DNA of 50,694 bases from contig JAABQY010000001.1 of NCBI GenBank assembly GCA_011391225.1, forward strand, positions 1 to 50,694, written 5' to 3'. The translations under genes and the position numbers were made by a program. Origin of the DNA: Desulfobulbaceae bacterium (lineage in GTDB: Bacteria > Desulfobacterota > Desulfobulbia > Desulfobulbales > Desulfocapsaceae). Positions 21,684 to 31,572 of the stretch are shown piece by piece (the stretch's first letter is position 1; every line of letters begins with the position of its first letter). The notes below the pieces were generated by a model, which worked only from the letters and a program-made list of their open reading frames with translations, was not told where the DNA came from and did not search any database.

Positions 21684-23576
21684 TTACGCCTGCTTAGTCA
21701 ATTTTTTCAAGTGCACCTGCAGCACCCCAATCGCTGCCGGAGTGATTCCCGAAATCCTCGAAGCCTGGGCGAGTGAAATCGGCTGAATTCTGGTCAGTTT
21801 TTCTACGACTTCATTGGATAAACCGGAAAGTGAGCGGTAATCTATATCCCTTGGTAGCAGGACGGATTCCATTTTTTTATAACGTACCACTTGTTCCTCC
21901 TGTCGATCAAGATAGCCTTTGAATTTTACCTGCAGTTCAATTTCTTCCTTAACCCCGCCGGCAATAATCCCGTCAAGAATGCGGTGTTCTTCAGCTTCGA
22001 TCGGCAACGCTGCAAAAAAGTCGATAGACATCTCCGGTCGTCGCAGCAGATCGGCAAGAGAACATTTTTGCTTGATGCAGCTGCTATCAAGAGCTGCCAG
22101 AGCCTCATTGATCGCCGAAGAAGGTTTTATGGTGATTGCTTCGAGTGCCTCCTTTCCAGTCTGTATGGCCAGTTGCTTTGCAAGGAATTGTTGAAAGACC
22201 GGTTCTTTTACTAGGCCGATTTCATGGCCGAATTTTGTCAGCCGGGCATCGGCATTGTCCTCACGGAGAAGCAGCCGATATTCCGCACGTGAGGTGAAAA
22301 GTCGATACGGTTCCTTGGTTCCGCAGGTTACTAGGTCGTCGATAAGGACACCAATATAGGCCTGTGAACGATCAAGTATCAGCGGATCCAACTGGCGACA
22401 GAAGCGAACGGCGTTGATGCCGGCGATAAGACCTTGGGCGGCGGCTTCTTCATAGCCCGACGTGCCGTTGATCTGGCCTGCCAGGAACAGGCCTCGCACT
22501 TGTTTTGTTTCAAGAGATGGGTGCAGGCCTAATGGATCGATATAATCATATTCAATAGCGTAACCCGGTCTGATGATTTGGGCCTTTTCCAGGCCCTTGA
22601 TGGAATGGATCATGGCGGTTTGGGTTGCGAGTGGCAAACTGGTCGGCAAGCCGTTTGGGTAGACCTCAACTGTGTCGAGACCTTCCGGTTCGAGAAAAAT
22701 CTGATGCCGGTTTTTTTCTGGAAAGCGCATGACCTTGTCTTCGACAGAAGGACAGTATCTCGCGCCAATTCCTTTGATTACTCCGGCGTACATCGGCGAT
22801 TTATCGATGCCCGCCCGGATTATCGCATGGGTGTTTTCATTGGTATAAGTAATGTGACAGGGAAGCTGCGGCAGGGTGTAGCCACCTTTTGATGAATAGG
22901 AAAAATGTACTGGAGGATAGTCACTGCGCTGGATTTCAAGCTCGGAGTAGTCGATTGAATGCGCGGCCAGTCGGGGTACTGTCCCGGTCTTCATGCGGCC
23001 GACGGCAAAGCCATTGTCTTTGAACCAGGCTGAAAGTCGTTTTGCCGGACCGTCACCGAGTCGCCCGGCCGGGAAGTTTTTCAGACCGATATGGACAAGC
23101 CCGTCGAGGAAGGTTCCAGTTGCCACCACCACTGCTTTAGTGGGTATTTCCTCGTCAAGTGAAGTTATAATTCCCGATATTCGGCCATCATGGACCAGTA
23201 GGCCATCGACTACTGTCTGCTTGACGGTGAGGTTTTTCTGGTTTTCCACGACCGATTTCATGCGCAGACGATACAGCAACCGGTCTGCCTGGGCGCGGGA
23301 AGATCGAACGGCCGGCCCTTTACTGGTGTTGAGCCGGCGAAACTGAATGGAGGTCGCATCGATATTACGGGCCATTTCCCCGCCAAGGGCATCAATTTCG
23401 CGCACCAGATGCCCTTTGGCCAGACCGCCTATAGCGGGATTGCACGACATCGCCCCGATAGTATCGGCGTTAATTACCGTGAGAAGGGTTTTGCAGCCCA
23501 TTCTGGCAGCGGCCAGCGCTGCTTCACAACCGGCATGACCGGCGCCTATCACCGCTATATCGAATTCTTCTGCCAT
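21684..23576 (-). CDS. mnmG: tRNA uridine-5-carboxymethylaminomethyl(34) synthesis enzyme MnmG (GidA)
   Basis: [45 protein letters not shown]. Confidence 0.99.
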   Translation of the reverse strand: MAEEFDIAVIGAGHAGCEAALAAARMGCKTLLTVINADTIGAMSCNPAIGGLAKGHLVREIDALGGEMARNIDATSIQFRRLNTSKGPAVRSSRAQADRLLYRLRMKSVVENQKNLTVKQTVVDGLLVHDGRISGIITSLDEEIPTKAVVVATGTFLDGLVHIGLKNFPAGRLGDGPAKRLSAWFKDNGFAVGRMKTGTVPRLAAHSIDYSELEIQRSDYPPVHFSYSSKGGYTLPQLPCHITYTNENTHAIIRAGIDKSPMYAGVIKGIGARYCPSVEDKVMRFPEKNRHQIFLEPEGLDTVEVYPNGLPTSLPLATQTAMIHSIKGLEKAQIIRPGYAIEYDYIDPLGLHPSLETKQVRGLFLAGQINGTSGYEEAAAQGLIAGINAVRFCRQLDPLILDRSQAYIGVLIDDLVTCGTKEPYRLFTSRAEYRLLLREDNADARLTKFGHEIGLVKEPVFQQFLAKQLAIQTGKEALEAITIKPSSAINEALAALDSSCIKQKCSLADLLRRPEMSIDFFAALPIEAEEHRILDGIIAGGVKEEIELQVKFKGYLDRQEEQVVRYKKMESVLLPRDIDYRSLSGLSNEVVEKLTRIQPISLAQASRISGITPAAIGVLQVHLKKLTKQA

Positions 23577-23660
23577 TGTCTTTCTCTAAGAAGTTGAGGT
23601 ATGCTTGTTGAGGTTCAAATATTTTGTGTAGGCCTGTTGTGGAAAAAATGGAAAAGTCTT

Positions 23661-24488
23661 CTATTTTTGCCACCAGATAACTGCCCATCGGGGTGGGTCC
23701 TGGCGACGGAGGGTCAACTGGTTGTCGCCTCTTTTGACGATTTGCTCTTGCAGATATTTTTCAAGAGCGACCGTTTCATCGGCGGTGATGTCGCTAAACA
23801 TCCAACTGTAGGATCTCATAGCCTCTTCCATAGAGCTGAAAGTAATCTCCCGGTCGAGGGTCAATACCGATATGTTTGGGTGAATACCAAGTGAGTACAA
23901 CATATTTACTGTGTAAATATAGTCGGGGCCAGCTGCAAAAGGGCGCCCGACTTTGGCAAACGCCGCCATATCAAAGGGAGTTGCACCTATTCTGTCACTG
24001 AGAAAGACATATCTCGTAGCGATGGCATCAATCTTCTTAAGGGCAGTTGCGAGATCTTTAACGCCCATGGCTCTTGATGCAATAGCGATGTCATGGGGAC
24101 GAATTCCTTTCGCCTGCCAATCATCTTCCCAGGCGCAATGCAGAGTTGTAATATTTGAAATTTTCTCTTCCAAGGCGAGATTGTTCAATATTTCAAGCAT
24201 CTCTTTGGAGAAATCGATGGCGGTTACAGATGCTACCTTGCCGGAAATTGGAAGGGCTAAAGTGCCGGGCCCCGACCCCACATCGAGAACAGACATGTTT
24301 GGTTCGAGGGGCAAGAGGGCAAGGAAAAGATCAATATATACTGCACTTTTGTTTCTTGCGGCAAACGAACTAGCCTTGGCATCCCATTCTTTGGGACCCT
24401 TGTTGCGCCAACCTTTTTTTCCAAAGGCATGGGCCCGGAGTTTGGCCCAATCAATATCGGAAAAAGTATGTATCTTAGAATCGACCAT
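23661..24488 (-). CDS. Class I SAM-dependent methyltransferase
   Basis: SVLDVGSGPGTLA (motif I), VTAIDFS, AWEDDW. Probable start ATG 24488; the longer ORF-track start runs through promoter/leader sequence. Confidence 0.88.
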   Translation of the reverse strand: MVDSKIHTFSDIDWAKLRAHAFGKKGWRNKGPKEWDAKASSFAARNKSAVYIDLFLALLPLEPNMSVLDVGSGPGTLALPISGKVASVTAIDFSKEMLEILNNLALEEKISNITTLHCAWEDDWQAKGIRPHDIAIASRAMGVKDLATALKKIDAIATRYVFLSDRIGATPFDMAAFAKVGRPFAAGPDYIYTVNMLYSLGIHPNISVLTLDREITFSSMEEAMRSYSWMFSDITADETVALEKYLQEQIVKRGDNQLTLRRQDPPRWAVIWWQK

Positions 24489-24622
24489 TAAATCGAAGGA
24501 TTGATAAAAGTGCACCCACGAAAAGGTGTTTACTGCATGAATCCAAAAGAACCGTAGAAGGAGGGAAAAGGAAAAAACAGGCATACGTGCGGGCCTTGTA
24601 AACACCTTCTTTTGCAGGCAAG

Positions 24623-24651
24623 AGCATAGCACAGCCGTTGTCATTGTGCAA
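24623..24651 (-). promoter_or_regulatory. Candidate sigma70 promoter for the methyltransferase-mnmG-lgt direction
   Basis: Minus strand reads TTGCAC, 17-bp spacer ending in TGC (extended -10), then TATGCT. Confidence 0.6.
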
Positions 24652-24680
24652 GTTATGGCAAAGATGAAAAACAAAAATGT

Positions 24681-24710
24681 TTGACACCGGTGACCATATA
24701 TGGTTAATAT
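24681..24710 (+). promoter_or_regulatory. Candidate sigma70 promoter of the rpmH operon
   Basis: TTGACA (24681-86), 18-bp spacer, TAATAT. The spacer contains the palindrome ACCATATATGGT. Confidence 0.5.
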
Positions 24711-24875
24711 TCTCCTCTTATAATTTGTCGTTCCGTGAATGATTATATCGTCGAAGCGGACAATAACTGGTTCGGAGAACAGCCGCCATAAAATGGCAAG
24801 GAAGAGCGATTCCCGTCCTTTGAAGTAAAAAAATACATGGTTTTGCCATGAATCTTACCGGTGAGGAAGTAAATA

Positions 24876-25013
24876 ATGAGCAAGCGAACATTTCAGCCAA
24901 GTATTCTCAAGCGTAAACGTACCCACGGTTTCCGAGAAAGAATGAGCACTCGAGGGGGTCGGGCGGTATTACAGGCTCGAAGAGCAAGGGGCCGCAAAAG
25001 GCTATCGGCTTAA
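24876..25013 (+). CDS. rpmH: 50S ribosomal protein L34 (absent from the ORF track)
   Basis: Hand translation gives [51 protein letters not shown]; lies directly before rnpA. Confidence 0.98.
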   Translation: MSKRTFQPSILKRKRTHGFRERMSTRGGRAVLQARRARGRKRLSA

Positions 25014-25016
25014 CCC

Positions 25017-25373
25017 TTGGCTGGCAACCGACTCGCAAAAAGCACCCTTTTAAGAAAGGGGTGGGAATTTGAGCAGGTCTATAACCTTGGAACGCGTTTG
25101 CATGGCAACAGTTTTACCTTAATCTGCCGGCCTAATACAACTGGGTTGAGCAGATTGGGGATAAGTGTTCATCGAAATATTCGCGGAGCGGTGCAGAGAA
25201 ATCGCCTTAAACGAATAATCCGGGAGTCATTTAGGCTTTGGCGAGAACAATATCCTGATGGAGCGGATATTGTTTTTGCCGTTCGCCCTGGCTTTCCATA
25301 TTCGCATCCTAAGGATATCCGCATGGCAGTGTCCCCTCTTGCATGCCGTATTGGTTGTTCTCGGGAAGCATGA
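25017..25373 (+). CDS. rnpA: Ribonuclease P protein component
   Basis: RLGISV and [17 protein letters not shown] (RNR motif). TTG start; syntenic with rpmH. Confidence 0.96.
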   Translation: MAGNRLAKSTLLRKGWEFEQVYNLGTRLHGNSFTLICRPNTTGLSRLGISVHRNIRGAVQRNRLKRIIRESFRLWREQYPDGADIVFAVRPGFPYSHPKDIRMAVSPLACRIGCSREA

Positions 25374-25377
25374 AAAG

Positions 25378-25602
25378 ATGAGAAGCGACCTCCTTAAAGT
25401 AGTGTGTATCGGACTGGTAAGAGGCTACAAGTGTTTACTTTCGCCTTTTCTGCCGCCCAGTTGCCGTTTTTTTCCCACGTGTTCCACGTACACAATTCAG
25501 GCTATTGAAAAATATGGGGCCATCCGCGGCGGTGTTCTCGGCATTCGTCGCATACTCCGCTGCCATCCATTTTCCCGAGGTGGCTATGATCCAGTACAGT
25601 AA
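25378..25602 (+). CDS. yidD: Membrane protein insertion efficiency factor YidD
   Basis: [17 protein letters not shown] and [16 protein letters not shown]. Confidence 0.96.
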   Translation: MRSDLLKVVCIGLVRGYKCLLSPFLPPSCRFFPTCSTYTIQAIEKYGAIRGGVLGIRRILRCHPFSRGGYDPVQ

Positions 25603-25672
25603 TTGGGGCATTCGCCGGATCTTCTTAACTGACACAACTCCCTTGGTGTTGACATAATTCACGGTAGGTATA

Positions 25673-27352
25673 ATGGATAACTATAGAGCCTTTCTTGCAA
25701 TCATAATTTCCTTTGTTATTCTTGTTGGATATCAATATTTGTTTGTCGGTTTCGATAAACCGAGCAGCGGAGATCAGCCGGTGCAACAGCAGACAACAAC
25801 CGATTCAGCTCAACCGGCTGTTGTTCAGCAGGCGGCCAAAGCCCCGGTCTTGGCCCCTCCTGTTGACCCTGCAGCCCTTCCCGTTTTGGCATATAATCGG
25901 AAACCAAAAGAGATAACCATTGAAACAGACCTCTTTACGGCGATCATTTCAGAAGATGGTGGGGCAATCAAAAGCTTTATCCTGAAAGAGTACAAAGAGA
26001 CTCATGTCAAGGATTCGACAGGGATGCAACTGGTCAAAACAGATGTTAGCCAAGGTGCCCCGCTTCAATTTTCCTGGGGTAGCGTGATTGGTACCCAGGT
26101 GCTTTATGACAGCGGCAAGGAAAGTCTCAAGCTCTCAAGTGATGCCAGCAAAGGTGAGTTGCGAATGACCGTCCAGGCAGCTAATGGTCTGACCATTGAG
26201 CGGCTGTATAGCTTCACCAACGACAGCTATTTGATTGGCCTCAGCATAAAAGTTAAAAATACTTCAGCCGCGCTCGTTCAGGGCATTCCTCAACTGCATC
26301 TTGTCAATAAACATTTTCTTGGGGTTGACAGTCCCGCAGAGAGTTTCTTGTTTGCCGGGCCGGCTGCTTTCCTCAATGGAGCACTCAAAGAAGTTCCGGC
26401 TGATGAATTTAAAGACGGGCCAAAGACCTTACAAGGAGCCATTGAATGGGCTGGGTATGAAGGCAATTACTTCTTGTGTGGTCTTTTGCCGATCGAAGGT
26501 TCGGGCGTCTCCTTTACCATGCAAGGCAATAATGATTTGACCAAAATGCTTCTTGCCGGGAGTCTTGACACCCTGCAACCTGGAGCGGAGAAAGAATATA
26601 AGTATAATGTCTTTTACGGTCCGAAAAAGCTGACGATGCTCAAAGAGCTCGGTTATAACCTGGATCAATCCATTAATTTTGGTTGGTTTGATGTTATTGC
26701 CAAACCGACACTCTGGTTGCTTAACTGGTTTTATACATACTTCCATAATTACGGCGTGGCCATCATTTTGGTCACTGTGCTCTTCAAAGCGGTTTTCTGG
26801 CCTATTTCCCAGCGAGGCATGAAGTCGATGAAAAATATGCAGAAACTCCAGCCTAAGATGGTCAAGATCAAGGAAAAATATAAGGGTGATCCGACCAAGA
26901 TGAACCAGGAGGTTATGAACCTTTACAAAACCTACAAGGTTAATCCACTGGGTGGCTGTTTGCCGATGGTGGTACAAATCCCCGTTTTTTTTGCGCTTTA
27001 CAAAGTGTTATTGATGGGCATAGAGCTGCGCCATGCACCGTTTATGTTATGGATATCTGACCTTTCAGCTCCCGATCGCTTATGGCTCGGCTTCGACATC
27101 CCGTATTTGGGTGGGTTGCCGGTACTCACCTTACTGATGGGAGCGTCGATGTTTTTTCAACAGAAACTCTCGCCCACCACAGCCGACCCGACGCAGGCAA
27201 AAATAATGATGTTTTTGCCGGTAATTTTTACATTCATGTTCCTCAATTTCGCTTCGGGGCTCGTTTTGTATTGGTTTGTCAACAACCTCCTGTCCATTTT
27301 GCAACAGGTGCTTATCAATCGGGATGCCAAGAAAACGGCCGCAGTTGCCTGA
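25673..27352 (+). CDS. yidC: Membrane protein insertase YidC
   Basis: N-terminal TM, periplasmic domain, NYGVAIILVT, VNPLGGCLPM, WISDLSAPD, GLVLYWFVNN. Confidence 0.98.
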   Translation: MDNYRAFLAIIISFVILVGYQYLFVGFDKPSSGDQPVQQQTTTDSAQPAVVQQAAKAPVLAPPVDPAALPVLAYNRKPKEITIETDLFTAIISEDGGAIKSFILKEYKETHVKDSTGMQLVKTDVSQGAPLQFSWGSVIGTQVLYDSGKESLKLSSDASKGELRMTVQAANGLTIERLYSFTNDSYLIGLSIKVKNTSAALVQGIPQLHLVNKHFLGVDSPAESFLFAGPAAFLNGALKEVPADEFKDGPKTLQGAIEWAGYEGNYFLCGLLPIEGSGVSFTMQGNNDLTKMLLAGSLDTLQPGAEKEYKYNVFYGPKKLTMLKELGYNLDQSINFGWFDVIAKPTLWLLNWFYTYFHNYGVAIILVTVLFKAVFWPISQRGMKSMKNMQKLQPKMVKIKEKYKGDPTKMNQEVMNLYKTYKVNPLGGCLPMVVQIPVFFALYKVLLMGIELRHAPFMLWISDLSAPDRLWLGFDIPYLGGLPVLTLLMGASMFFQQKLSPTTADPTQAKIMMFLPVIFTFMFLNFASGLVLYWFVNNLLSILQQVLINRDAKKTAAVA

Positions 27353-27424
27353 TCTCAGAAGATCATCAATGGTGAATTGGACCGCAGGAAAATGCATTGA
27401 GATATTTTCAAAGAAGGTACATAA

Positions 27425-28330
27425 ATGTCTTTAGACAAAAATGATTATTATGGCAAAGATGTCGCTGAAGCTATCAAGAAGGCATGTGAAAACCTTGGTG
27501 TCCCACAAGAAAATCTTGATATCGAAGTTGTTGAGACCGGTTCCAACGGTATCTTTGGTCTGATTCGCAAAAAAGCCCGTATTCGAGTTCAGATAAAACC
27601 TCCGGTTAAAGAGGCGATTGAGATCTTCGCCGTCGATTTTCAGAGCTCAGAAATCATTGAAGAAGAGCAGCAGCAAGAAACAGAGCTCGAGTCGGTTGAA
27701 GCTAACCCACGTCCTAAAAAAGTTCGCGATGATGATGACGAGGAAGAGGATGAGCTTCTGGCCGAAGCCGAACTGGAAGGTGATGCAAGTCCCGAGAGCA
27801 TTGAGATTGTCAAGGAGGAGTTGCTTCGCATCGTCGAATTGATGGGATTTCCTTCAACCCTTGAGGTGCAAGCGACCGGCCTGGCGGTTATATGCACCCT
27901 GCGCGGCGAGTTTGAGGAGAATCTGGCTGGCCCGGAAGGGAAAGTCCTGGACAGCCTGCAGTATATTCTGCGCAAGATTCTCAGCCGAAAAGTGCAAGAA
28001 CGGCTGAGAATCTCAATCAATGTTGGGGCGTTCCGGGAAAAAAGACTGGAGGAGCTGAAAATTAAGGCCGCCGAGCTTGCCGCCCTTGTCAAGGAAGATG
28101 GCAAGACTCAGGTTCTACCGGGACTCAATCCATCAGAACGAAGAATTATCCATATGTTCTTTCAAGAAGATAAGGAAATACGCAGTCGCTCCGTCGGTGA
28201 CGGCCTGTTTAAGAAAATTCTCATATATAAACCCGGCAAAGGCAATCGGCCAAGCAGTGGTGGGCGTAAGCGAACCCAGGGAAAGGGGCGACAGGGAAAA
28301 ACCGGTCCAAAGAATAACCGCGAATCCTGA
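27425..28330 (+). CDS. jag: RNA-binding protein Jag/KhpB (Jag_N, KH, R3H)
   Basis: Jag_N (GKDVAEAI...GIFGL), KH-like GKVLDSLQY and R3H ERRIIH; follows yidC. Confidence 0.93.
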   Translation: MSLDKNDYYGKDVAEAIKKACENLGVPQENLDIEVVETGSNGIFGLIRKKARIRVQIKPPVKEAIEIFAVDFQSSEIIEEEQQQETELESVEANPRPKKVRDDDDEEEDELLAEAELEGDASPESIEIVKEELLRIVELMGFPSTLEVQATGLAVICTLRGEFEENLAGPEGKVLDSLQYILRKILSRKVQERLRISINVGAFREKRLEELKIKAAELAALVKEDGKTQVLPGLNPSERRIIHMFFQEDKEIRSRSVGDGLFKKILIYKPGKGNRPSSGGRKRTQGKGRQGKTGPKNNRES

Positions 28331-28404
28331 TCGCCAAATTGCTCAATATTTCAAGCGGAATCACTCACCACCCTCAGTTTCAATCATCAACCGAGAGGTA
28401 GGCC

Positions 28405-29793
28405 GTGAATCTTTCAGACAGTGATGAAACTATTGCCGCCATTTCTACGCCACCAGGCGCCGGCGGCATAGGTATCATTCGGATGAGCGGCAAACGGGCT
28501 CTCTACATAGTAAAAAAACTGTTTCAGCCGAAGGACCAGAACTGCTCCTTTGCCAGTCATCGCCTGAATTACGGCCATATCCGTCACCCTGAGGGGGGGC
28601 GAATCCTTGATGAAGTCTTGGCTGTGTATATGGCTGCTCCCTATACCTATACCAGAGAAGACGTTGTGGAAATTCATTGCCACGGCAGCTTTCTTGTCCT
28701 GCAAAATGTCCTCGAACTCATTTTAGCACATGGCGCCATTCTTGCGGCCCCCGGCGAATTCACCAAACGAGCATTCCTGAACGGCCGTATCGATTTGACT
28801 CAGGCTGAGGCAGTCATCGATATCTTGTCCGCCAGGACCAGGAAAGGTGTTGATTTGGCTCAGGAACAGCTGTCCGGGGCGCTGTACCGGAAGATTGAAC
28901 CTGTTCGCCAAAGCCTCATCCATATGCGTGCCATTGTTGAGGTGGCCATCGACTTTCCTGACGAGGGAATTGAGATCATTGATCATCGTTCTTTGATAGA
29001 ACAGTTGACCCTTGAAGTCGCTGCCCCGCTAAAAAATCTCCTCGGCAATGCCGATCGCGGCAGATTGTATCGGGAAGGGGTTTCCATTGTCATAGCTGGC
29101 TTGCCAAATGTCGGTAAATCAAGCCTTCTCAATGCTCTGCTTCAGGAGGATCGTGCCCTTGTCACGGCGGCTCCCGGCACCACCAGGGATTTTATCGAAG
29201 AAATTATCGATATCCTTGGCGTTCCGGTCAGGATTATCGACACCGCCGGTATCCGTGATAATGCCGGTGAGGTTGAGGAACTCGGCATTCAAAAGGCCAG
29301 AGAGCTTATCAACAAGGCTGATTTGGTGGCTCTTCTCATCGATGGATCACGGAAAATCTCCAAAGACGATCAACGGCTTTACGAGCAGGTCCGCCATAAG
29401 CAGGTTTTGCTTGTGCTCAACAAGATAGATATCTGTGGTCACAACCCTCCAGATCTTTCCGCGCTCGTTGGTATCGGCCATTGCGTTAAGATTTCAGCAA
29501 AAAAACTATTGGGCATTGAGGAATTGAAACAGGCTATATTTGCAGCTGTTACCTCGGGGAGCCAGCAGTGGGAGGAGGGTGGTTGTGCCCCGAATGTGCG
29601 ACACAAACAGGCTCTGCTTGCGGCAAATGAATCGTGTGAGAGGGTTCTCGCATCTCTTGAGAACGGTCTTACCAACGATCTGATAGCCGTCGATCTCCAG
29701 GATTGCCTTGATCACCTGTCTGAACTAGTCGGAGAAACCACCACAGAAGACATCCTTGATGTCATATTTGCAGAGTTCTGTCTCGGCAAGTAA
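28405..29793 (+). CDS. mnmE: tRNA modification GTPase MnmE (TrmE)
   Basis: TIAAISTP, GLPNVGKSS, GTTRD, DTAG, NKID, terminal FCLGK. Confidence 0.99.
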   Translation: MNLSDSDETIAAISTPPGAGGIGIIRMSGKRALYIVKKLFQPKDQNCSFASHRLNYGHIRHPEGGRILDEVLAVYMAAPYTYTREDVVEIHCHGSFLVLQNVLELILAHGAILAAPGEFTKRAFLNGRIDLTQAEAVIDILSARTRKGVDLAQEQLSGALYRKIEPVRQSLIHMRAIVEVAIDFPDEGIEIIDHRSLIEQLTLEVAAPLKNLLGNADRGRLYREGVSIVIAGLPNVGKSSLLNALLQEDRALVTAAPGTTRDFIEEIIDILGVPVRIIDTAGIRDNAGEVEELGIQKARELINKADLVALLIDGSRKISKDDQRLYEQVRHKQVLLVLNKIDICGHNPPDLSALVGIGHCVKISAKKLLGIEELKQAIFAAVTSGSQQWEEGGCAPNVRHKQALLAANESCERVLASLENGLTNDLIAVDLQDCLDHLSELVGETTTEDILDVIFAEFCLGK

Positions 29794-29794
29794 A

Positions 29795-29833
29795 TGGCAG
29801 GGCCGTCAACCGGCCCTGCCAATCTTCTTTTAA
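29795..29833 (+). terminator. Intrinsic terminator after mnmE
   Basis: 11-bp GC-rich stem TGGCAGGGCCG / CGGCCCTGCCA followed by ATCTTCTTTT. Confidence 0.8.
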
Positions 29834-30058
29834 ACGTTCGATAGTCTGAGAAATTGGGTTACTGAAGACCTGGCTTTGGTTTATGTCACCGGGGGCAGTT
29901 CCACTTTTTCACTTTTTCCATTTCAGGTGTGACGCTTTGGCCTCCCCCTTTCTTTGAATATTCCCTCGTAAGCAAGCGCCTTTTCTAGTAAGGCAATGGC
30001 TTTGTCGTCCACAATACTTACGGTGATGGGAAGGCGGCGGCGCGACAAATCAAAACGC

Positions 30059-30439
30059 TTATGAGTTGAAGCGCTTTTCCCATTCGTATTCCCGCCCGGT
30101 CACCTTATCTTCCATGCGGCGAATCCTCCGGTCGAGGTCATGAAATTTCTTTTTCAAGCGCTGGGCGGCACTTCGCGGCGAGTGCACATAGCTGTCGTAA
30201 AACTCCTGTTCCCCTTCGCTGGCAATCGGTCTAACCGGTTCCGGGCGCATAAAAAAGGCGGCGACCAGATACACCCCGATCATCGGCCAAAAGCCACTGA
30301 AAATAAAGACAATTACCAGCGCAATACGAACCCAGAACACCGAGAAATCAAAATAGTCGGCAACCCCTTTGCACACCCCGAGGAAGACCCCGTCTCTTGA
30401 CCGGTAAATGCCGCCCTGTTTATTGTAGTATCGTGTCAT
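30059..30439 (-). CDS. pspC: Envelope stress response membrane protein PspC
   Basis: IYRSRDGVFLGVCKGVADYF PspC motif, a TM segment and a C-terminal RIRRME coil. Confidence 0.95.
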   Translation of the reverse strand: MTRYYNKQGGIYRSRDGVFLGVCKGVADYFDFSVFWVRIALVIVFIFSGFWPMIGVYLVAAFFMRPEPVRPIASEGEQEFYDSYVHSPRSAAQRLKKKFHDLDRRIRRMEDKVTGREYEWEKRFNS

Positions 30440-30675
30440 TTTTTGTATCCATCCTTTTCCTGACCGTCCGCCAGGATTGTTTCAAGGGATTCGATCCTCT
30501 CTTCCATCCGTTCCAGGTTTTGATAGAGCTCCTGGATTATCCGAGTCTCCTCGCTGTCGCCTGCCCCGCGGTTACCCTTCCGTGCTTTAATGATAATCAA
30601 CACAGTCCCGCAGATAAGGGTAGCTAGGGCGATGAGGGAGCCGAAGACTATGGAGACCGTTATTATACTCAACAT
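30436..30675 (-). CDS. pspB: Phage shock protein B-like membrane protein
   Basis: Single N-terminal TM followed by LERMEERIESLETIL; lies between pspA and pspC. Confidence 0.88.
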   Translation of the reverse strand: MLSIITVSIVFGSLIALATLICGTVLIIIKARKGNRGAGDSEETRIIQELYQNLERMEERIESLETILADGQEKDGYKK

Positions 30676-30717
30676 GATTTCTTTCTCCGATCAGTGGTGC
30701 CGTCTTGTCGCTAAGGT

Positions 30718-31395
30718 TCAAGGGGTTTCGTTTCTCTTACTGTATTGAGCGGCCTTGATCTTGGCAAGCTCATTCTCAATCTCGGCATCGGTGACAAGAT
30801 TGTCGAACTCCTCATCGATCGTCGGTTTTCTGTTGACGTTCACCAACTCAGCCTCGGCCTCCATCTGTTCTATCCGGCTTTCAAATTTGTCGAAACGGGC
30901 CATGGTGTCGCTACTGGTGCTACGGCGGATTTCTTCCTGGGCACGCTTGCTGCCGGTGGCGCTTTTGTGGCGCTGCACGAGCACCCGCTTCTTCTCTTTG
31001 GCGCTGTTCAGCTTGTTTTCGAGTTCGATAATGTCTTCTTGATATTTCTCGATAAGATTGCGGAATTCACCGAGTTCACTGTCGAGAGATTCGGCAATTC
31101 GCGCAAAGCGGCGTTTTTCAACCAGCGCCTCCCGCGCCAGATCGTCGCGGCCTTTGGCGACCGCCAGTGCTGCACGCTCGTCCCAGAGGTCGGTTTTGCC
31201 GTTGATTTCTTCCAGTTTCCTCTCGATCTTTTTCCGACCGGCAATGACCCCGGCGCAGGAAGATTTTAATTCGATAAGGGTGTCCTCCATTTCGTGGATC
31301 ATCAGTTTAATCATCTTTTCCGGATCTTCTGCGTGGTCGAGCATCGAATTGATGTTGGCACTGACTATGTCTCTAAAGCGGGTAAATACTCCCAT
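30718..31395 (-). CDS. pspA: Phage shock protein PspA
   Basis: MGVFTRFRDIVSANINSMLDHAEDPEKM, GRDDLAREAL, coiled coil. SD GGAGG precedes ATG 31395. Confidence 0.97.
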   Translation of the reverse strand: MGVFTRFRDIVSANINSMLDHAEDPEKMIKLMIHEMEDTLIELKSSCAGVIAGRKKIERKLEEINGKTDLWDERAALAVAKGRDDLAREALVEKRRFARIAESLDSELGEFRNLIEKYQEDIIELENKLNSAKEKKRVLVQRHKSATGSKRAQEEIRRSTSSDTMARFDKFESRIEQMEAEAELVNVNRKPTIDEEFDNLVTDAEIENELAKIKAAQYSKRNETP

Positions 31396-31437
31396 GATGT
31401 TCCTCCATGATAGATTGTTGGTGTTTGCCACTGTATC

Positions 31438-31454
31438 AGCAGGAACTGTGCCGG
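31438..31454 (-). promoter_or_regulatory. Sigma54 (-24/-12) promoter of pspABC
   Basis: Minus strand CCGGCACAGTTCCTGCT has GG-N10-GC, about 45 bp upstream of pspA and divergent from pspF. Confidence 0.85.
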
Positions 31455-31499
31455 GAGCTTGAAAATATTAAAACGATGACAAAACGGGGCCTTGATGGG

Positions 31500-31572
31500 T
31501 TGACATCTGCTATAATGTGGGTTAATATAGCCATATATAGGTTTAAAAACCTAAATATAGGCAAAATATACT
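31500..31572 (+). promoter_or_regulatory. pspF sigma70 promoter overlapping putative PspF upstream activator sites
   Basis: TTGACA(31500)-17-TAATAT(31523). Three GG-(AT-rich)-CC/CT quasi-palindromes start at 31520, 31540 and 31560. Confidence 0.6.

Noticed and set aside
23638-23646. TGTGGAAAA, a DnaA-box-like 9-mer upstream of mnmG
   Set aside because: Single copy overlapping the methyltransferase-mnmG gap, with no cluster or unwinding element; not enough for oriC.
24671-24680. ACAAAAATGT core beside the rpmH -35
   Set aside because: Flanks (AA...TT) do not fit the YR...AA pattern of the four nitrogen-locus sites. Treated as a chance match and kept as a caveat.
29859-29921. Minus-strand micro-ORF MEKVKKWNCPR-UGA, a possible CxxU selenopeptide
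   Set aside because: Only 20 aa even with readthrough, no properly spaced SD and no evident SECIS hairpin.
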